The position numbers and the translations under genes are program-made. Under the pieces are notes generated by a model. That model had not been told where the DNA came from. It searched no databases and was given only the letters and a program-made list of their open reading frames with translations. A DNA stretch of 64,000 nt from the human T2T-CHM13v2.0 reference genome, Homo sapiens, in the NCBI RefSeq assembly GCF_009914755.1, contig NC_060948.1. One strand, written 5' to 3'. Of this stretch, positions 12,801 through 27,692 are shown piece by piece; position 1 is the first letter of the stretch, and each line of letters opens with the position of its first letter.

Positions 12801-13438
12801 AGTCGAATGAAATGGAATTGAAAGGAATGGGATCGAATACAATGGAATATACTGGAATGTAACGTAATGAACTCGAATGTAATTGACTGGAATGGAATGT
12901 ACAGGAATGGAATGTAATCGAATGGAAAGTAATCCAATGGAATAGAATCTAATGCAATAAAATCGACTCAGATAGAGTAGAATGTAATGGAATGGAGTGC
13001 AGTGCAATGGAATGGAATGGAATGGAATGCAATGGAATGGAATGGAATGGAATGGAATGGAATGGAATGGAATGGGATGGAATGGTATGGAATGGATAGT
13101 AATGGACTGGAGTGAAATGGACTGGAAAGGAATGGACTGAAATTGAAAGGGCTTGAAAGGAATGGAGTCAAATGGAATGGTCTGGAATGGAATGAACACG
13201 AATGTAATGCAACCCAATAGAATGGAATCGAATGGCATGGAATGTAAAGAAATGGAATCGAAGAGAATGGAAACAAATGGAATGGAATTGAATGGAATGG
13301 AATTGAATGGAATGGGAACGAATGGAGTGAAATTGTATGCAGTAGAAGAGAATAGAATGGAATGCAAGCGAAAGGAAAGGAATGGATTGGAATGGAATGG
13401 AATTCATTGGAATGGAAGGGAATGTAGTGTAATGGACA
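9875..13438 (+). repeat. DYZ1 unit, 3564 bp (mosaic of two subtypes)
   Basis: GGCC 9875 to 13439; diagnostic variants switch between 11415 and 11706. Confidence 0.88.
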
Positions 13439-16400
13439 GGCCTGGAATAAAGTGGAATGCTACGGTCTCGAATGGAATAAAAATGTATGGAATGGAATGC
13501 AATGAAACGGAATCGAATGTCATAGAATGTAATGGAATGCAAAAAAATGGAATCCAAAATCATTGACTGGAAAGGCTGGGTGTCGAAAGGAATTGACTCC
13601 AATGGAATGGAATCGAATGGAATGGAAGTGAATAGAATCGAACTAAATCGAATGGAATGGAATTGATAGGAACGGAATGGAAAGGAATGCAATGATTTGG
13701 CATGGAATGGAATCGAATGGCATCGAATGGAATGGAATGGAATGCAATGGAATGGAATGTATTAGAATGTAATGAACTTTAATGGAATGTACTCGAATGG
13801 ATTCGACTGGAATGGAATGTTCTGGAAGTGAATGGACTCCAATGGAATGGATTCCAAAGGAATGGAATCGTACGGAATGGAATCTAATGCAATGGAATTA
13901 AATGGAAATGAATCAAATTGAATAGCACGGAATTGAATTGAATGGAATGGAATGCAATGGAATCTAATGAAACGGAAAGGAAAGGAATGGAATGGAATGG
14001 AATGGGCTGGAATGGAAAGGAATCGAAACGAATGGAATGGAATCGAAGTGAAGAGACTGGAATGGAATGCACTGGAATGGAAGGGAGTGTAATGGAAGGT
14101 TCTCGAAAAAAATGGAATCGAATGGAATGGAATTGAATGGAACGGAATAGAGTCGAATGGAATTGAATGGAATGGAATGGACTAGAGTGAAATGGAATCG
14201 AACCACAAGGAATGGACAGGAATAGAATGGTCTCGAATTGAATGGAATCGTATGGAATGGCATCAAACGGAATGGAATGGACAGCCACGGAATGGAATGC
14301 ACTCGAATGCAATGGAGTCGAAACTAATGGACTGGAATAGAATGGACTCGACTGGTACGGACTCCAATGGAATGGAATCGAATGGAAGGGAATCGAACGG
14401 AAGGGAATCGAACGGAATGGACTCGAAGGGAAAAGACTGCAATGGAAAGGTCTCGAATGGAATGGAAATTAATGGAATGGAATGGAATCGAATGAAATGG
14501 AGTCAAAAGGAATGGAATCGAATGGCAAGAAATCGAATGTAATGGAATCGCCAGGAATTGATGTGAACGGAACGGAATGGAATGGAATCCAAAGGAATGG
14601 AATAGAATGGAATGGAATCGAATGGAAAGGACTCGAATGGAAATCACTCGAATAGAATGCAATTTAATAAAATAGGATCAAATGTAATGGAATGGAATGG
14701 AAAGGAATCGAAACGAAAGGAATGGAGACAGATGGAATGGAATGGAACAGAGAGCAATGGTATAGAATGGAATGGAATCATCTGGAATGGAATTGAATGG
14801 AATGGAATAATATGAAATGGAATGGAATGGAATGGAATGGAATGCCCTTGAATTAAATGGACTGGAATGGAATGGACTCAAACAGAGTGGAATGGAAAGT
14901 GTGGAGATAGAATGGAATGAACTCCTTTGGAATGGTGTAGTATGCAATGCAATCGACTGGCAGGGAATCAAAAGGAATGTAATCGAATGGATTGGACTGG
15001 AATGCAATGGACTCCAATAGATTGGAAACGGAATGCAAAGGAATGGAATGGAATAGTATGGAATGCAATGGAAGGGAATGGAGTGGAATAGACTAGAGTG
15101 GAATGGAATGGACTGGAAAGCAATGGACTGGAATGGAACTTTCTTGGATGGACTGGAATCAAACGGAATGGAATGCAATGCAATCAAATGGCATGGAATA
15201 AAATAGAATGAAAGAGAATCAAATGGAATTGAATCGAATGGAATCGAATGGATTGGAAAGGAATAGAATGGAATGGAATGGAATTGACTCAAATGGAATG
15301 GACTAGAATGGAATGGATTCGAATGGAAGGCAAAGGAATGGAATCTATTGGAATGGACTGTAATGGAATGGAATGGAAGGGATTGGAATGGACTCGAATG
15401 GAATGGACTGCAATAGAAAGGATTCGAATGGAATGAAAAAGAATTGAATGGAATAGAACAGAATGGAATCAAATCGAATGAAATGGAATGGAATAGAAAG
15501 GAATGGAATGAAATGGAATGGAAAGGATTCGAATGGAATGCAATGGAATGGAATGGAATCGAACGGAATGGAATAAAATGGAAGAAAACTGGCAAGAAAT
15601 GGAATCGAAATGAATGGAGTGTTATGGAATGGACTCAAAAGGAATTGAATGTAATAGAATGGAGTGGAGTGGACTCGAATATAATGGACTGGAATGGAAT
15701 GAAATCACATGGAATGGGAACGAATGGAATGGAATGGAAAGGAATGGAATCGAATGGAAAGGAATCGAATGGAAGGGAATGAAATTGAATCAACAGGAAT
15801 GGAAGGGAATAGAATAGACTGTAATGGAATGGACTCGAATAGAATGGACACGAATGCTCAAATTAAATGGACTCGAATGGAATGGAAACGAAAGGAATGT
15901 CATCGAATGGAATTGAATCGATTGGAATGAAATCGCATAGAATGGAGTGGAATCAAATGGAATTGAGTCGAAAGGAAAGGAAGCGAATGGACTGAAATGA
16001 AATGGAATGGAATTGAATGGAAAGTAATGCAATGGAATAGAATGGAACGAAATTTCACGGAATGGAATCAAACTGAATGGAATCAAATCAATGGAATCAA
16101 ATCAAATGGAATGGAAAGGAATTGAATGGAGTAGATGGGATTGGATGGGATTGGAATGAAATGTACTGGAAAGGACTCGAATTTCATGAAACGGAATGGA
16201 ATGAATTGGAACGGAATGGACTCGAATGGAATGGAATGTCATGGGATGGCATCAAATGGAATGGCATCAAATGGAATGGAATCGAATGCAATGGAATGCT
16301 ATGGAATGGAATGGAATGCATTGGAATGGAATGTCCTCTAATGGAATGGATTCGAGTGGAATGGAATTGAATATAATGGAGTCGAATGAAATGGAATTGA

Positions 16401-17007
16401 AAGGAATGGGATCGAATACAATGGAATATACTGGAATGTAACGTAATGAACTCGAATGTAATTGACTGGAATGGAATGTACATGAATGGAATGTAATCGA
16501 ATGGAAAGTAATCCAATGGAATAGAATCTAATGCAATAAAATCGACTCAGATAGAGTAGAATGTAATGGAATGGAGTGCAGTGCAATGGAATGGAATGGA
16601 ATGGAATGCAATGGAATGGAAAGGAATGGAATGGAATGGAATGGGTTGGAATGGTATGGAATGGATAGTAATGGACTGGAGTGAAATGGACTGGAAAGGA
16701 ATGGACTCAAATTGAAAGGTCTCGAAAGGAATGGAGTCAAATGGAATGGTCTGGAATGGAATGAACACGAATGTAATGCAACCCAATAGAATGGAATCGA
16801 ATGGCATGGAATATAAAGAAATGGAATCGAAGAGAATGGAAACAAATGGAATGGAATTGAATGGAATGGAATTGAATGGAATGGGAACTAATGGAGTGAA
16901 ATTGTATGCAGTAGAAGAGAATAGAATGGAATGCAAGCGAAAGGAAAGGAATGGATTGGAATGGAATGGAATTCATTGGAATGGAAGGGAATGTAGTGTA
17001 ATGGACA
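13439..17007 (+). repeat. DYZ1 unit, 3569 bp
   Basis: GGCC 13439 to 17008; carries 15-bp duplication AAGGGAATCGAACGG near 14400. Confidence 0.9.
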
Positions 17008-20000
17008 GGCCTGGAATAAAGTGGAATGCTACGGTCTCGAATGGAATAAAAATGTATGGAATGGAATGCAATGAAACGGAATCGAATGTCATAGAATGTA
17101 ATGGAATGCAAAAAAATGGAATCCAAAATCATTGACTGGAAAGGCTGGGTGTCGAAAGGAATTGACTCCAATGGAATGGAATCGAATGGAATGGAAGTGA
17201 ATAGAATCGAACTAAATCGAATGGAATGGAATTGATAGGAACGGAATGGAAAGGAATGCAATGATTTGGCATGGAATGGAATCGAATGGCATCGAATGGA
17301 ATGGAATGGAATGCAATGGAATGGAATGTATTAGAATGTAATGAACTTTAATGGAATGTACTCGAATGGATTCGACTGGAATGGAATGTTCTGGAAGTGA
17401 ATGGACTCCAATGGAATGGATTCAAAAGGAATGGAATCGTACGGAATGGAATCTAATGGAATGGAATTAAATGGAAATGAATCAAATTGAATAGCACGGA
17501 ATTGAATTGAATGGAATGGAATGCAATGGAATCTAATGAAACGGAAAGGAAAGGAATGGAATGGAATGGAATGGGCTGGAATGGAAAGGAATCGAAACGA
17601 ATGGAATGGAATCGAACTGAAGAGACTGGAATGGAATGCACTGGAATGGAAGGGAGTGTAATGGAAGGTTCTCGAAAAAAATGGAATGGAATGGAATGGA
17701 ATTGAATGGAACGGAATAGAGTCGAATGGAATTGAATGGAATGGAATGGACTAGAGTGAAATGGAATCGAACCACAAGGAATGGACAGGAATAGAATGGT
17801 CTCGAATTGAATGGAATCGTATGGAATGGCATCAAACGGAATGGAATGGACAGCCACGGAATAGAATGCACTCGAATGCAATGGAGTCGAAACTAATGGA
17901 CTGGAATAGAATGGACTCGACTGGTACGGACTCCAATGGAATGGAATCGAATGGAAGGGAATCGAACGGAATGGACTCGAAGGGACAAGACTGCAATGGA
18001 AAGGTCTCGAATGGAATGGAAATTAATGGAATGGAATGGAATCGAATGAAATGGAGTCAAAAGGAATGGAATCGAATGGCAAGAAATCGAATGTAATGGA
18101 ATCGCAAGGAATTGATGTGAACGGAACGGAATGGAATGGAATCCAAAGGAATGGAATAGAATGGAATGGAATCGAATGGAAAGGACTCGAATGGAAATCA
18201 CTCGAATAGAATGCAATTTAATAAAATAGGATCAAATGTAATGGAATGGAATGGAAAGGAATCGAAACGAAAGGAATGGAGACAGATGGAATGGAATGGA
18301 ACAGAGAGCAATGGTATAGAATGGAATGGAATCATCTGGAATGGAATTGAATGGAATGGAATAATATGAAATGGAATGGAATGGAATGGAATGGAATGCC
18401 CTTGAATTAAATGGACTGGAATGGAATGGACTCGAACAGAGTGGAATGGAAAGTGTTGAGATAGAATGGAATGGACTCCTTTGGAATGGTCTAGTATGCA
18501 ATGCAATCGACTGGTAGGGAATCAAAAGGAATGTAATCGAATGGATTGGACTGGAATGCAATGGACTCGAATAGATTGGAAACGGAATGCAAAGGAATGG
18601 AATGGAATAGTATGGAATGGAATGGAAAGGAATGGAGTGGAATAGACTAGAGTGGAATGGAATGGACTGGAAAGCAATGGACTGGAATGGAACTTTCTTG
18701 AATGGACTGGAATCAAACGGAATGGAATGCAATGCAATCAAATGGCATGGAATAAAATAGAATGAAAGAGAATCAAATGGAATTGAATCGAATGGAATCG
18801 AATGGATTGGAAAGGAATAGAATGGAATGGAATGGAATTGACTCAAATGGAATGGACTAGAATGGAATGGATTCGAATGGAAGGCAAAGGAATGGAATCT
18901 ATTGGAATGGACTGGAATGGAATGGAATGGAAGGGATTGGAATGGACTCGAATGGAATGGACTGCAATAGAAAGGATTCGAATGGAATGAAAAAGAATTG
19001 AATGGAATAGAACAGAATGGAATCAAATCGAATGAAATGGAATGGAATAGAAAGGAATGGAATGAAATGGAATGGAAAGGATTCGAATGGAATGCAATCG
19101 AATGGAATGGAATCGAACGGAATGGAATAAAATGGAAGAAAACTGGCAAGAAATGGAATCGAAATGAATGGAGTGTTATGGAACGGACTCAAAAGGAATT
19201 GAATGTAATAGAATGGAGTGGAGTGGACTCGAATATAATGGACTGGAATGGAATGAAATCACATGGAATGGGAACGAATGGAATGGAATGGAAAGGAATG
19301 GAATCGAATGGAAAGGAATCGAATGGAAGGGAATGAAATTGAATCAACAGGAATGGAAGGGAATAGAATAGACGGTAATGGAATGGACTCGAATAGAATG
19401 GACACGAATGCTCAAATTGAATGGACTCGAATGGAATGGAAACGAAAGGAATGTCATCGAATGGAATTGAATCGATAGGAATGAAATCGCATAGAATGGA
19501 GTGGAATCAAATGGAATTGAATCGAAAGGAAAGGAAGCGAATGGACTGAAATGAAATGGAATGGAATTGAATGGAAAGTAATGCAATGGAATAGAATGGA
19601 ACGAAATTTCACGGAATGGAATCAAACTGAATGGAATCAAATCAATGGAATCTAATCAAATGGAATGGAAAGGAATTGAATGGAGTAGATTGGATTGGAT
19701 GGGATTGGAATGAAATGTACTGGAAAGGACTCGAATTTCATGAAACGGAATGGAATGAATTGGAACGGAATGGACTCGAATGGAATGGAATGTCATGGAA
19801 TGGCATCAAATGGAATGGCATCAAATGGAATGGAATCGAATGCAATGGAATGCTATGGATTGGAATGGAATGCATTGGAATGGAACGTCCTCTAATGGAA
19901 TGGATTCGAGTGGAATGGAATCGAATATAATGGAGTCGAATGAAATGGAATTGAAAGGAATGGGATCGAATAGAATGGAATATACTGAAATGTAATGTAA

Positions 20001-20576
20001 TGAACTCGAATGTAATTGACTGGAATGGAATGTACATGAATGGAATGTAATCGAATGGAAAGTAATCCAATGGAATAGAATCTAATGCAATAAAACCGAC
20101 TCAGATAGAGTAGAATGTAATGGAATGGAGTGCAGTGCAATGGAATGGAATGGAATTGAATGCAATGGAATGGAATGGAATGGAATGGAATGGAATGGAA
20201 TGGAATGGAATGGGATGGAATGGTATGGAATGGATAGTAATGGACTGGAGTGAAATGGACTGGAAAGGAATGGACTCAAATTGAAAGGGCTCGAAAGGAA
20301 TGGAGTCAAATGGAATGGTCTGGAATGGAATGAACACGAATGTAATGCAATCCAATAGAATGGAAACGAATGGCATGGAATATAAATAAATGGAATCGAA
20401 GAGAATGGAAACAAATGGAATGGAATTGAATGGAATGGAATTGAATGGAATGGGAACGAATGGAGTGAAATTGTATGCAGTAGAAGGGAATAGAATGGAA
20501 TGCAAGCGAAAGGAAAGGAATGGATTGGAATGGAATGGAATTCATTGGAATGGAAGGGAATGTAGTGTAATGGACA
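17008..20576 (+). repeat. DYZ1 unit, 3569 bp
   Basis: GGCC 17008 to 20577. Confidence 0.9.
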
Positions 20577-23500
20577 GGCCTGGAATAAAGTGGAATGCTA
20601 CGGTCTCGAATGGAATAAAAATGTATGGAATGGAATGCAATGAAACGGAATCGAATGTCATAGAATGTAACGGAATGCAAAAAAATGGAATCCAAAATCA
20701 TTGACTGGAAAGGCTGGGTGTCGAAAGGAATTGACTCCAATGGAATGGAATCGAATGGAATGGAAGTGAATAGAATCGAACTAAATCGAATGGAATGGAA
20801 TTGATAGGAACGGAATGGAAAGGAATGCAATGATTTGGCATGGAATGGAATCGAATGGCATCGAATGGAATGGAATGGAATGCAATGGAATGGAATGTAT
20901 TAGAATGTAATGAACTTTAATGGAATGTACTCGAATGGATTCGACTGGAATGGAATGTTCCGGAAGTGAATGGACTCCAATGGAATGGATTCAAAAGGAA
21001 TGGAATCGTACGGAATGGAATCTAATGGAATGGAATTAAATGGAAATGAATCAAATTGAATAGCACGGAATTGAATTGAATGGAATGGAATGCAATGGAA
21101 TCTAATGAAACGGAAAGGAAAGGAATGGAATGGAATGGAATGGGCTGGAATGGAAAGGAATCGAAACGAATGGAATGGAATCGAACTGAAGAGACTGGAA
21201 TGGAATGCACTGGAATGGAAGGGAGTGTAATGGAAGGTTCTCGAAAAAAATGGAATCGAATGGAATGGAATTGAATGGAACGGAATAGAGTCGAATGGAA
21301 TTGAATGGAATGGAATGGACTAGAGTGAAATGGAATCGAACCACAAGGAATGGACAGGAATAGAATGGTCTCGAATTGAATGGAATCGTATGGAATGGCA
21401 TCAAACGGAATGGAATGGACAGCCACGGAATGGAATGCACTCGAATGCAATGGAGTCGAAACTAACGGACTGGAATAGAATGGACTCGACTGGTACGGAC
21501 TCCAATGGAATGGAATCGAATGGAAGGGAATCGAACGGAAGGGAATCGAACGGAATGGACTCGAAGGGAAAAGACTGCAATGGAAAGGTCTCGAATGGAA
21601 TGGAAATTAATGGAATGGAATGGAGTCGAATGAAATGGAGTCAAAAGGAATGGAATCGAATGGCAAGAAATCGAATGTAATGGAATCGCAAGGAATTGAT
21701 GTGAACGGAACGGAATGGAATGGAATCCAAAGGAATGGAATAGAATGGAATGGAATCGAATGGAAAGGACTCGAATGGAAATCACTCGAATAGAATGCAA
21801 TTTAATAAAATAGGATCAAATGTAATGGAATGGAATGGAAAGGAATCGAAACGAAAGGAATGGAGACAGATGGAATGGAATGGAACAGAGAGCAATGGTA
21901 TAGAATGGAATGGAATCATCTGGAATGGAATTGAATGGAATGGAATAATATGAAATGGAATGGAATGGAATGGAATGGAATGCCCTTGAATTAAATGGAC
22001 TGGAATGGAATGGACTCAAACAGAGTGGAATGGAAAGTGTGGAGATAGAATGGAATGAACTCCTTTGGAATGGTCTAGTAGGCAATGCAATCGACTGGCA
22101 GGGAATCAAAAGGAATGTAATCGAATGGATTGGACTGGAATGCAATGGACTCCAATAGATTGGAAACGGAATGCAAAGAATGGAATGGAATAGTATGGAA
22201 TGGAATGGAAAGGAATGGAGTGGAACAGACTAGAGTGGAATGGAATGGACTGGAAAGCAATGGACTGGAATGGAACTTTCTTGAATGGACTGGAATCAAA
22301 CGGAATGGAATGCAATGCAATCAAATGGCATGGAATAAAATAGAATGAAAGAGAATCAAATGGAATTGAATCGAATGGAATCGAATGGATTGGAAAGGAA
22401 TAGAATGGAATGGAATGGAATTGACTCAAATGGAATGGACTAGAATGGAATGGATTCGAATGGAAGGCAAAGGAATGGAATCTATTGGAATGGACTGTAA
22501 TGGAATGGAATGGAAGGAATTGGAATGGACTCGAATGGAATGGACTGCAATAGAAAGGATTCGAATGGAATGAAAAAGAATTGAATGGAATAGAACAGAA
22601 TGGAATCAAATCGAATGAAATGGAATGGAATAGAAAGGAATGGAATGAAATGGAATGGAAAGGATTCGAATGGAATGCAATCGAATGGAATGGAATCGAA
22701 CGGAATGGAATAAAATGGAAGAAAACTGGCAAGAAATGGAATCGAAATGAATGGAGTGTTATGGAACGGACTCAAAAGGAATTGAATGTAATAGAATGGA
22801 GTGGAGTGGACTCGAATATAATGGACTGGAATGGAATGAAATCACATGGAATGGGAACGAATGGAATGGAATGGAAAGGAATGGAATCGAATGGAAAGGA
22901 ATCGAATGGAAGGGAATGAAATTGAATCAACAGGAATGGAAGGGAATAGAATAGACGGTAATGGAATGGACTCGAATAGAATGGACACGAATGCTCAAAT
23001 TAAATGGACTCGAATGGAATGGAAACGAAAGGAATGTCATCGAATGGAATTGAATCGATTGGAATGAAATCGCATAGAATGGAGTGGAATCAAATGGAAT
23101 TGAATCGAAAGGAAAGGAAGCGAATGGACTGAAATGAAATGGAATGGAATTGAATGGAAAGTAATGCAATGGAATAGAATGGAACGAAATTTCACGGAAT
23201 GGAATCAAACTGAATGGAATCAAATCAATGGAATCAAATCAAATGGAATGGAAAGGAATTGAATGGAGTAGATGGGATTGGATGGGATTGGAATGAAATG
23301 TACTGGAAAGGACTCGAATTTCATGAAACGGAATGGAATGAATTGGAACGGAATGGACTCGAATGGAATGGAATGTCATGGGATGGCATCAAATGGAATG
23401 GCATCAAATGGAATGGAATCGAATGCAATGGAATGCTATGGAATGGAATGGAATGCATTGGAATGGAATGTCCTCTAATGGAATGGATTCGAGTGGAATG

Positions 23501-24119
23501 GAATTGAATATAATGGAGTCGAATGAAATGGAATTGAAAGGAATGGGATCGAATACAATGGAATATACTGGAATGTAACGTAATGAACTCGAATGTAATT
23601 GACTGGAATGGAATGTACATGAATGGAATGTAATCGAATGGAAAGTAATCCAATGGAATAGAATCTAATGCAATAAAATCGACTCAGATAGAGTAGAATG
23701 TAATGGAATGGAGTGCAGTGCAAAGGAATGGAATGGAATGGAATGCAATGGAATGGAATGGAATGGAATGGGATGGAATGGCATGGAATGGATAGTAATG
23801 GACTGGAGTGAAATGGACTGGAAAGGAATGGACTCAAATTGAAAGGGCTCGAAAGGAATGGAGTCAAATGGAATGGTCTGGAATGGAATGAACACGAATG
23901 TAATGCAACCAAATAGAATGGAATCGAATGGCATGGAATATAAAGAAATGGAATCGAAGAGAATGGAAACAAATGGAATGGAATTGAATGGAATGGGAAC
24001 GAATGGAGTGAAATTGTATGCAGTAGAAGAGAATAGAATGGAATGCAAGCGAAAGGAAAGGAATGGATTGGAATGGAATGGAATTCATTGGAATGGAAGG
24101 GAATGTAGTGTAATGGACA
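20577..24119 (+). repeat. DYZ1 unit, 3543 bp
   Basis: GGCC 20577 to 24120. Confidence 0.9.
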
Positions 24120-27100
24120 GGCCTGGAATAAAGTGGAATGCTACGGTCTCGAATGGAATAAAAATGTATGGAATGGAATGCAATGAAACGGAATCGAATG
24201 TCATAGAATGTAATGGAATGCAAAAAAATGGAATCCAAAATCATTGACTAGAAAGGCTGGGTGTCGAAAGGAATTGACTCCAATGGAATGGAATCGAATG
24301 GAATGGAAGTGAATAGAATCGAACTAAATCGAATGGAATGGAATTGATAGGAACGGAATGGAAAGGAATGCAATGATTTGGCATGGAATGGAATCGAATG
24401 GCATCGAATGGAATGGAATGGAATGCAATGGAATGGAATGTATTAGAATGTAATGAACTTTAATGGAATGTACTCGAATGGATTCGACTGGAATGGAATG
24501 TTCTGGAAGTGAATGGACTCCAATGGAATGGATTCAAAAGGAATGGAATCGTACGGAATGGAATCTAATGGAATGGAATTAAATGGAAATGAATCAAATT
24601 GAATAGCACGGAATTGAATTGAATGGAATCGAATGCAATGGAATCTAATGAAACGGAAAGGAAAGGAATGGAATGGAATGGGCTGGAATGGAAAGGAATC
24701 GAAACGAATGGAATGGAATCGAACTGAAGAGACTGGAATGGAATGCACTGGAATGGAAGGGAGTGTAATGGAAGGTTCTCGAAAAAAATGGAATCGAATG
24801 GAATGGAATTGAATGGAACGGAATAGAGTCGAATGGAATTGAATGGAATGGAATGGACTAGAGTGAAATGGAATCGAACCACAAGGAATGGACAGGAATA
24901 GAATGGTCTCGAATTGAATGGAATCGTATGGAATGGCATCAAACGGAATGGAATGGACAGCCACGGAATGGAATGCACTCGAATGCAATGGAGTCGAAAC
25001 TAATGGACTGGAATAGAATGGACTCGACTGGTACGGACTCCAATGGAATGGAATCGAATGGAAGGGAATCGAACGGAAGGGAATCGAACGGAATGGACTC
25101 GAAGGGAAAAGACTGCAATGGAAAGGTCTCGAATGGAATGGAAATTAATGGAATGGAATGGAATCGAATGAAATGGAGTCAAAAGGAATGGAATCGAATG
25201 GCAAGAAATCGAATGTAATGGAATCGCAAGGAATTGATGTGAACGGAACGGAATGGAATGGAATCCAAAGGAATGGAATAGAATGGAATGGAATCGAATG
25301 GAAAGGACTCGAATGGAAATCACTCGAATAGAATGCAATTTAATAAAATAGGATCAAATGTAATGGAATGGAATGGAAAGGAATCGAAACGAAAGGAATG
25401 GAGACAGATGGAATGGAATGGAACAGAGAGCAATGGTATAGAATGGAATGGAATCATCTGGAATGGAATTGAATGGAATGGAATTATATGAAATGGAATG
25501 GAATGGAATGGAATGGAATGCCCTTGAATTAAATGGACTGGAATGGAATGGACTCAAACAGAGTGGAATGGAAAGTGTGGAGATAGAATGGAATGAACTC
25601 CTTTGGAATGGTCTAGTAGGCAATGCAATCGACTGGCAGGGAATCAAAAGGAATGTAATCGAATGGATTGGACTGGAATGCAATGGACTCCAATAGATTG
25701 GAAACGGAATGCAAAGAATGGAATGGAATAGTATGGAATGGAATGGAAAGGAATGGAGTGGAACAGACTAGAGTGGAATGGAATGGACTGGAAAGCAATG
25801 GACTGGAATGGAACTTTCTTGAATGGACTGGAATCAAACGGAATGGAATGCAATGCAATCAAATGGCATGGAATAAAATAGAATGAAAGAGAATCAAATG
25901 GAATTGAATCGAATGGAATCGAATGGATTGGAAAGGAATAGAATGGAATGGAATGGAATTGACTCAAATGGAATGGAGTAGAATGGAATGGATTCGAATG
26001 GAAGGCAAAGGAATGGAATCTATTGGAATGGACTGTAATGGAATGGAATGGAAGGGATTGGAATGGAGTCGAATGGAATGGACTGCAATAGAAAGGATTC
26101 GAATGGAATGAAAAAGAATTGAATGGAATAGAACAGAATGGAATCAAATCGAATGAAATGGAATGGAATAGAAAGGAATGGAATGAAATGGAATGGAAAG
26201 GATTCGAATGGAATGCAATCGAATGGAATGGAATCGAACGGAATGGAATAAAATGGAAGAAAACTGGCAAGAAATGGAATCGAAATGAATGGAGTGTTAT
26301 GGAACGGACTCAAAAGGAATGGAATGTAATAGAATGGAGTGGAGTGGACTCGAATATAATGGACTGGAATGGAATGAAATCACATGGAATGGGAACGAAT
26401 GGAAAGGAATGGAAAGGAATGGAATCGAATGGAAAGGAATCGAATGGAAGGGAATGAAATTGAATCAACAGGAATGGAAGGGAATAGAATAGACGGTAAT
26501 GGAATGGACTCGAATAGAATGGACACGAATGCTCAAATTAAATGGACTCTAATAGAATGGAAACGAAAGGAATGTCATCGAATGGAATTGAATCGATTGG
26601 AATGAAATCGCATAGAATGGAGTGGAATCAAATGGAATTGAATCGAAAGGAAAGGAAGCGAATGGACTGAAATGAAATGGAATGGAATTGAATGGAAAGT
26701 AATGCAATGGAAGAGAAAGGAAGGAAATTTCACGGAATGGAATCAAACTGAATGGAATCAAATCAATGGAATCAAATCAAATGGAATGGAAAGGAATTGA
26801 ATGGAGTAGATGGGATTGGATGGGATTGGAATGAAATGTACTGGAAAGGACTCGAATTTCATGAAACGGAATGGAATGAATTGGAAAGGAATGGACTCGA
26901 ATGGAATGGAATGTCATGGGATGGCATCAAATGGAAAGGCATCAAATGGAATGGAAACGAATGCAATGGAATGCTATGGAATGGAATGGAATGCATTGGA
27001 ATGGAATGTCCTCTAATGGAATGGATTCGAGTGGAATGGAATTGAATATAATGGAGTCGAATGAAATGGAATTGAAAGGAATGGGATCGAATACAATGGA

Positions 27101-27692
27101 ATATACTGGAATGTAACGTAATGAACTCGAATGTAATTGACTGGAATGGAATGTACATGAATGGAATGTAATCGAATGGAAAGTAATCCAATGGAATAGA
27201 ATCTAATGCAATAAAATCGACTCAGATAGAGTAGAATGTAATGGAATGGAGTGCAGTGCAATGGAATGGAATGGAGTGGAATGCAATGGAATGGAATGGA
27301 ATGGAATGGAATGGAATGGAATGGAATGGGATGGAATGGTATGGAATGGATAGTAATGGACTGGAGTGAAATGGACTGGAAAGGAATGGACTCAAATTGA
27401 AAGTTCTCGAAAGGAATGGAGTCAAATGGAATGGTCTGGAATGGAATGAACACGAATGTAATGCAACCAAATAGAATGGAATCGAATGGCATGGAATATA
27501 AAGAAATGGAATCGAAGAGAATGGAAACAAATGGAATGGAATTGAATGGAATGGAATTGAATGGAATTGGAACGAATGGAGTGAAATTGTATGCAGTAGA
27601 AGAGAATAGAATGGAATGCAAGCGAAAGGAAAGGAATGGATTGGAATGGAATGAAATTCATTGGAATGGAAGGGAATGTAGTGTAATGGACA
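24120..27692 (+). repeat. DYZ1 unit, 3573 bp
   Basis: GGCC 24120 to 27693; EcoRI site lost (GAAATTC near 27655). Confidence 0.9.
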
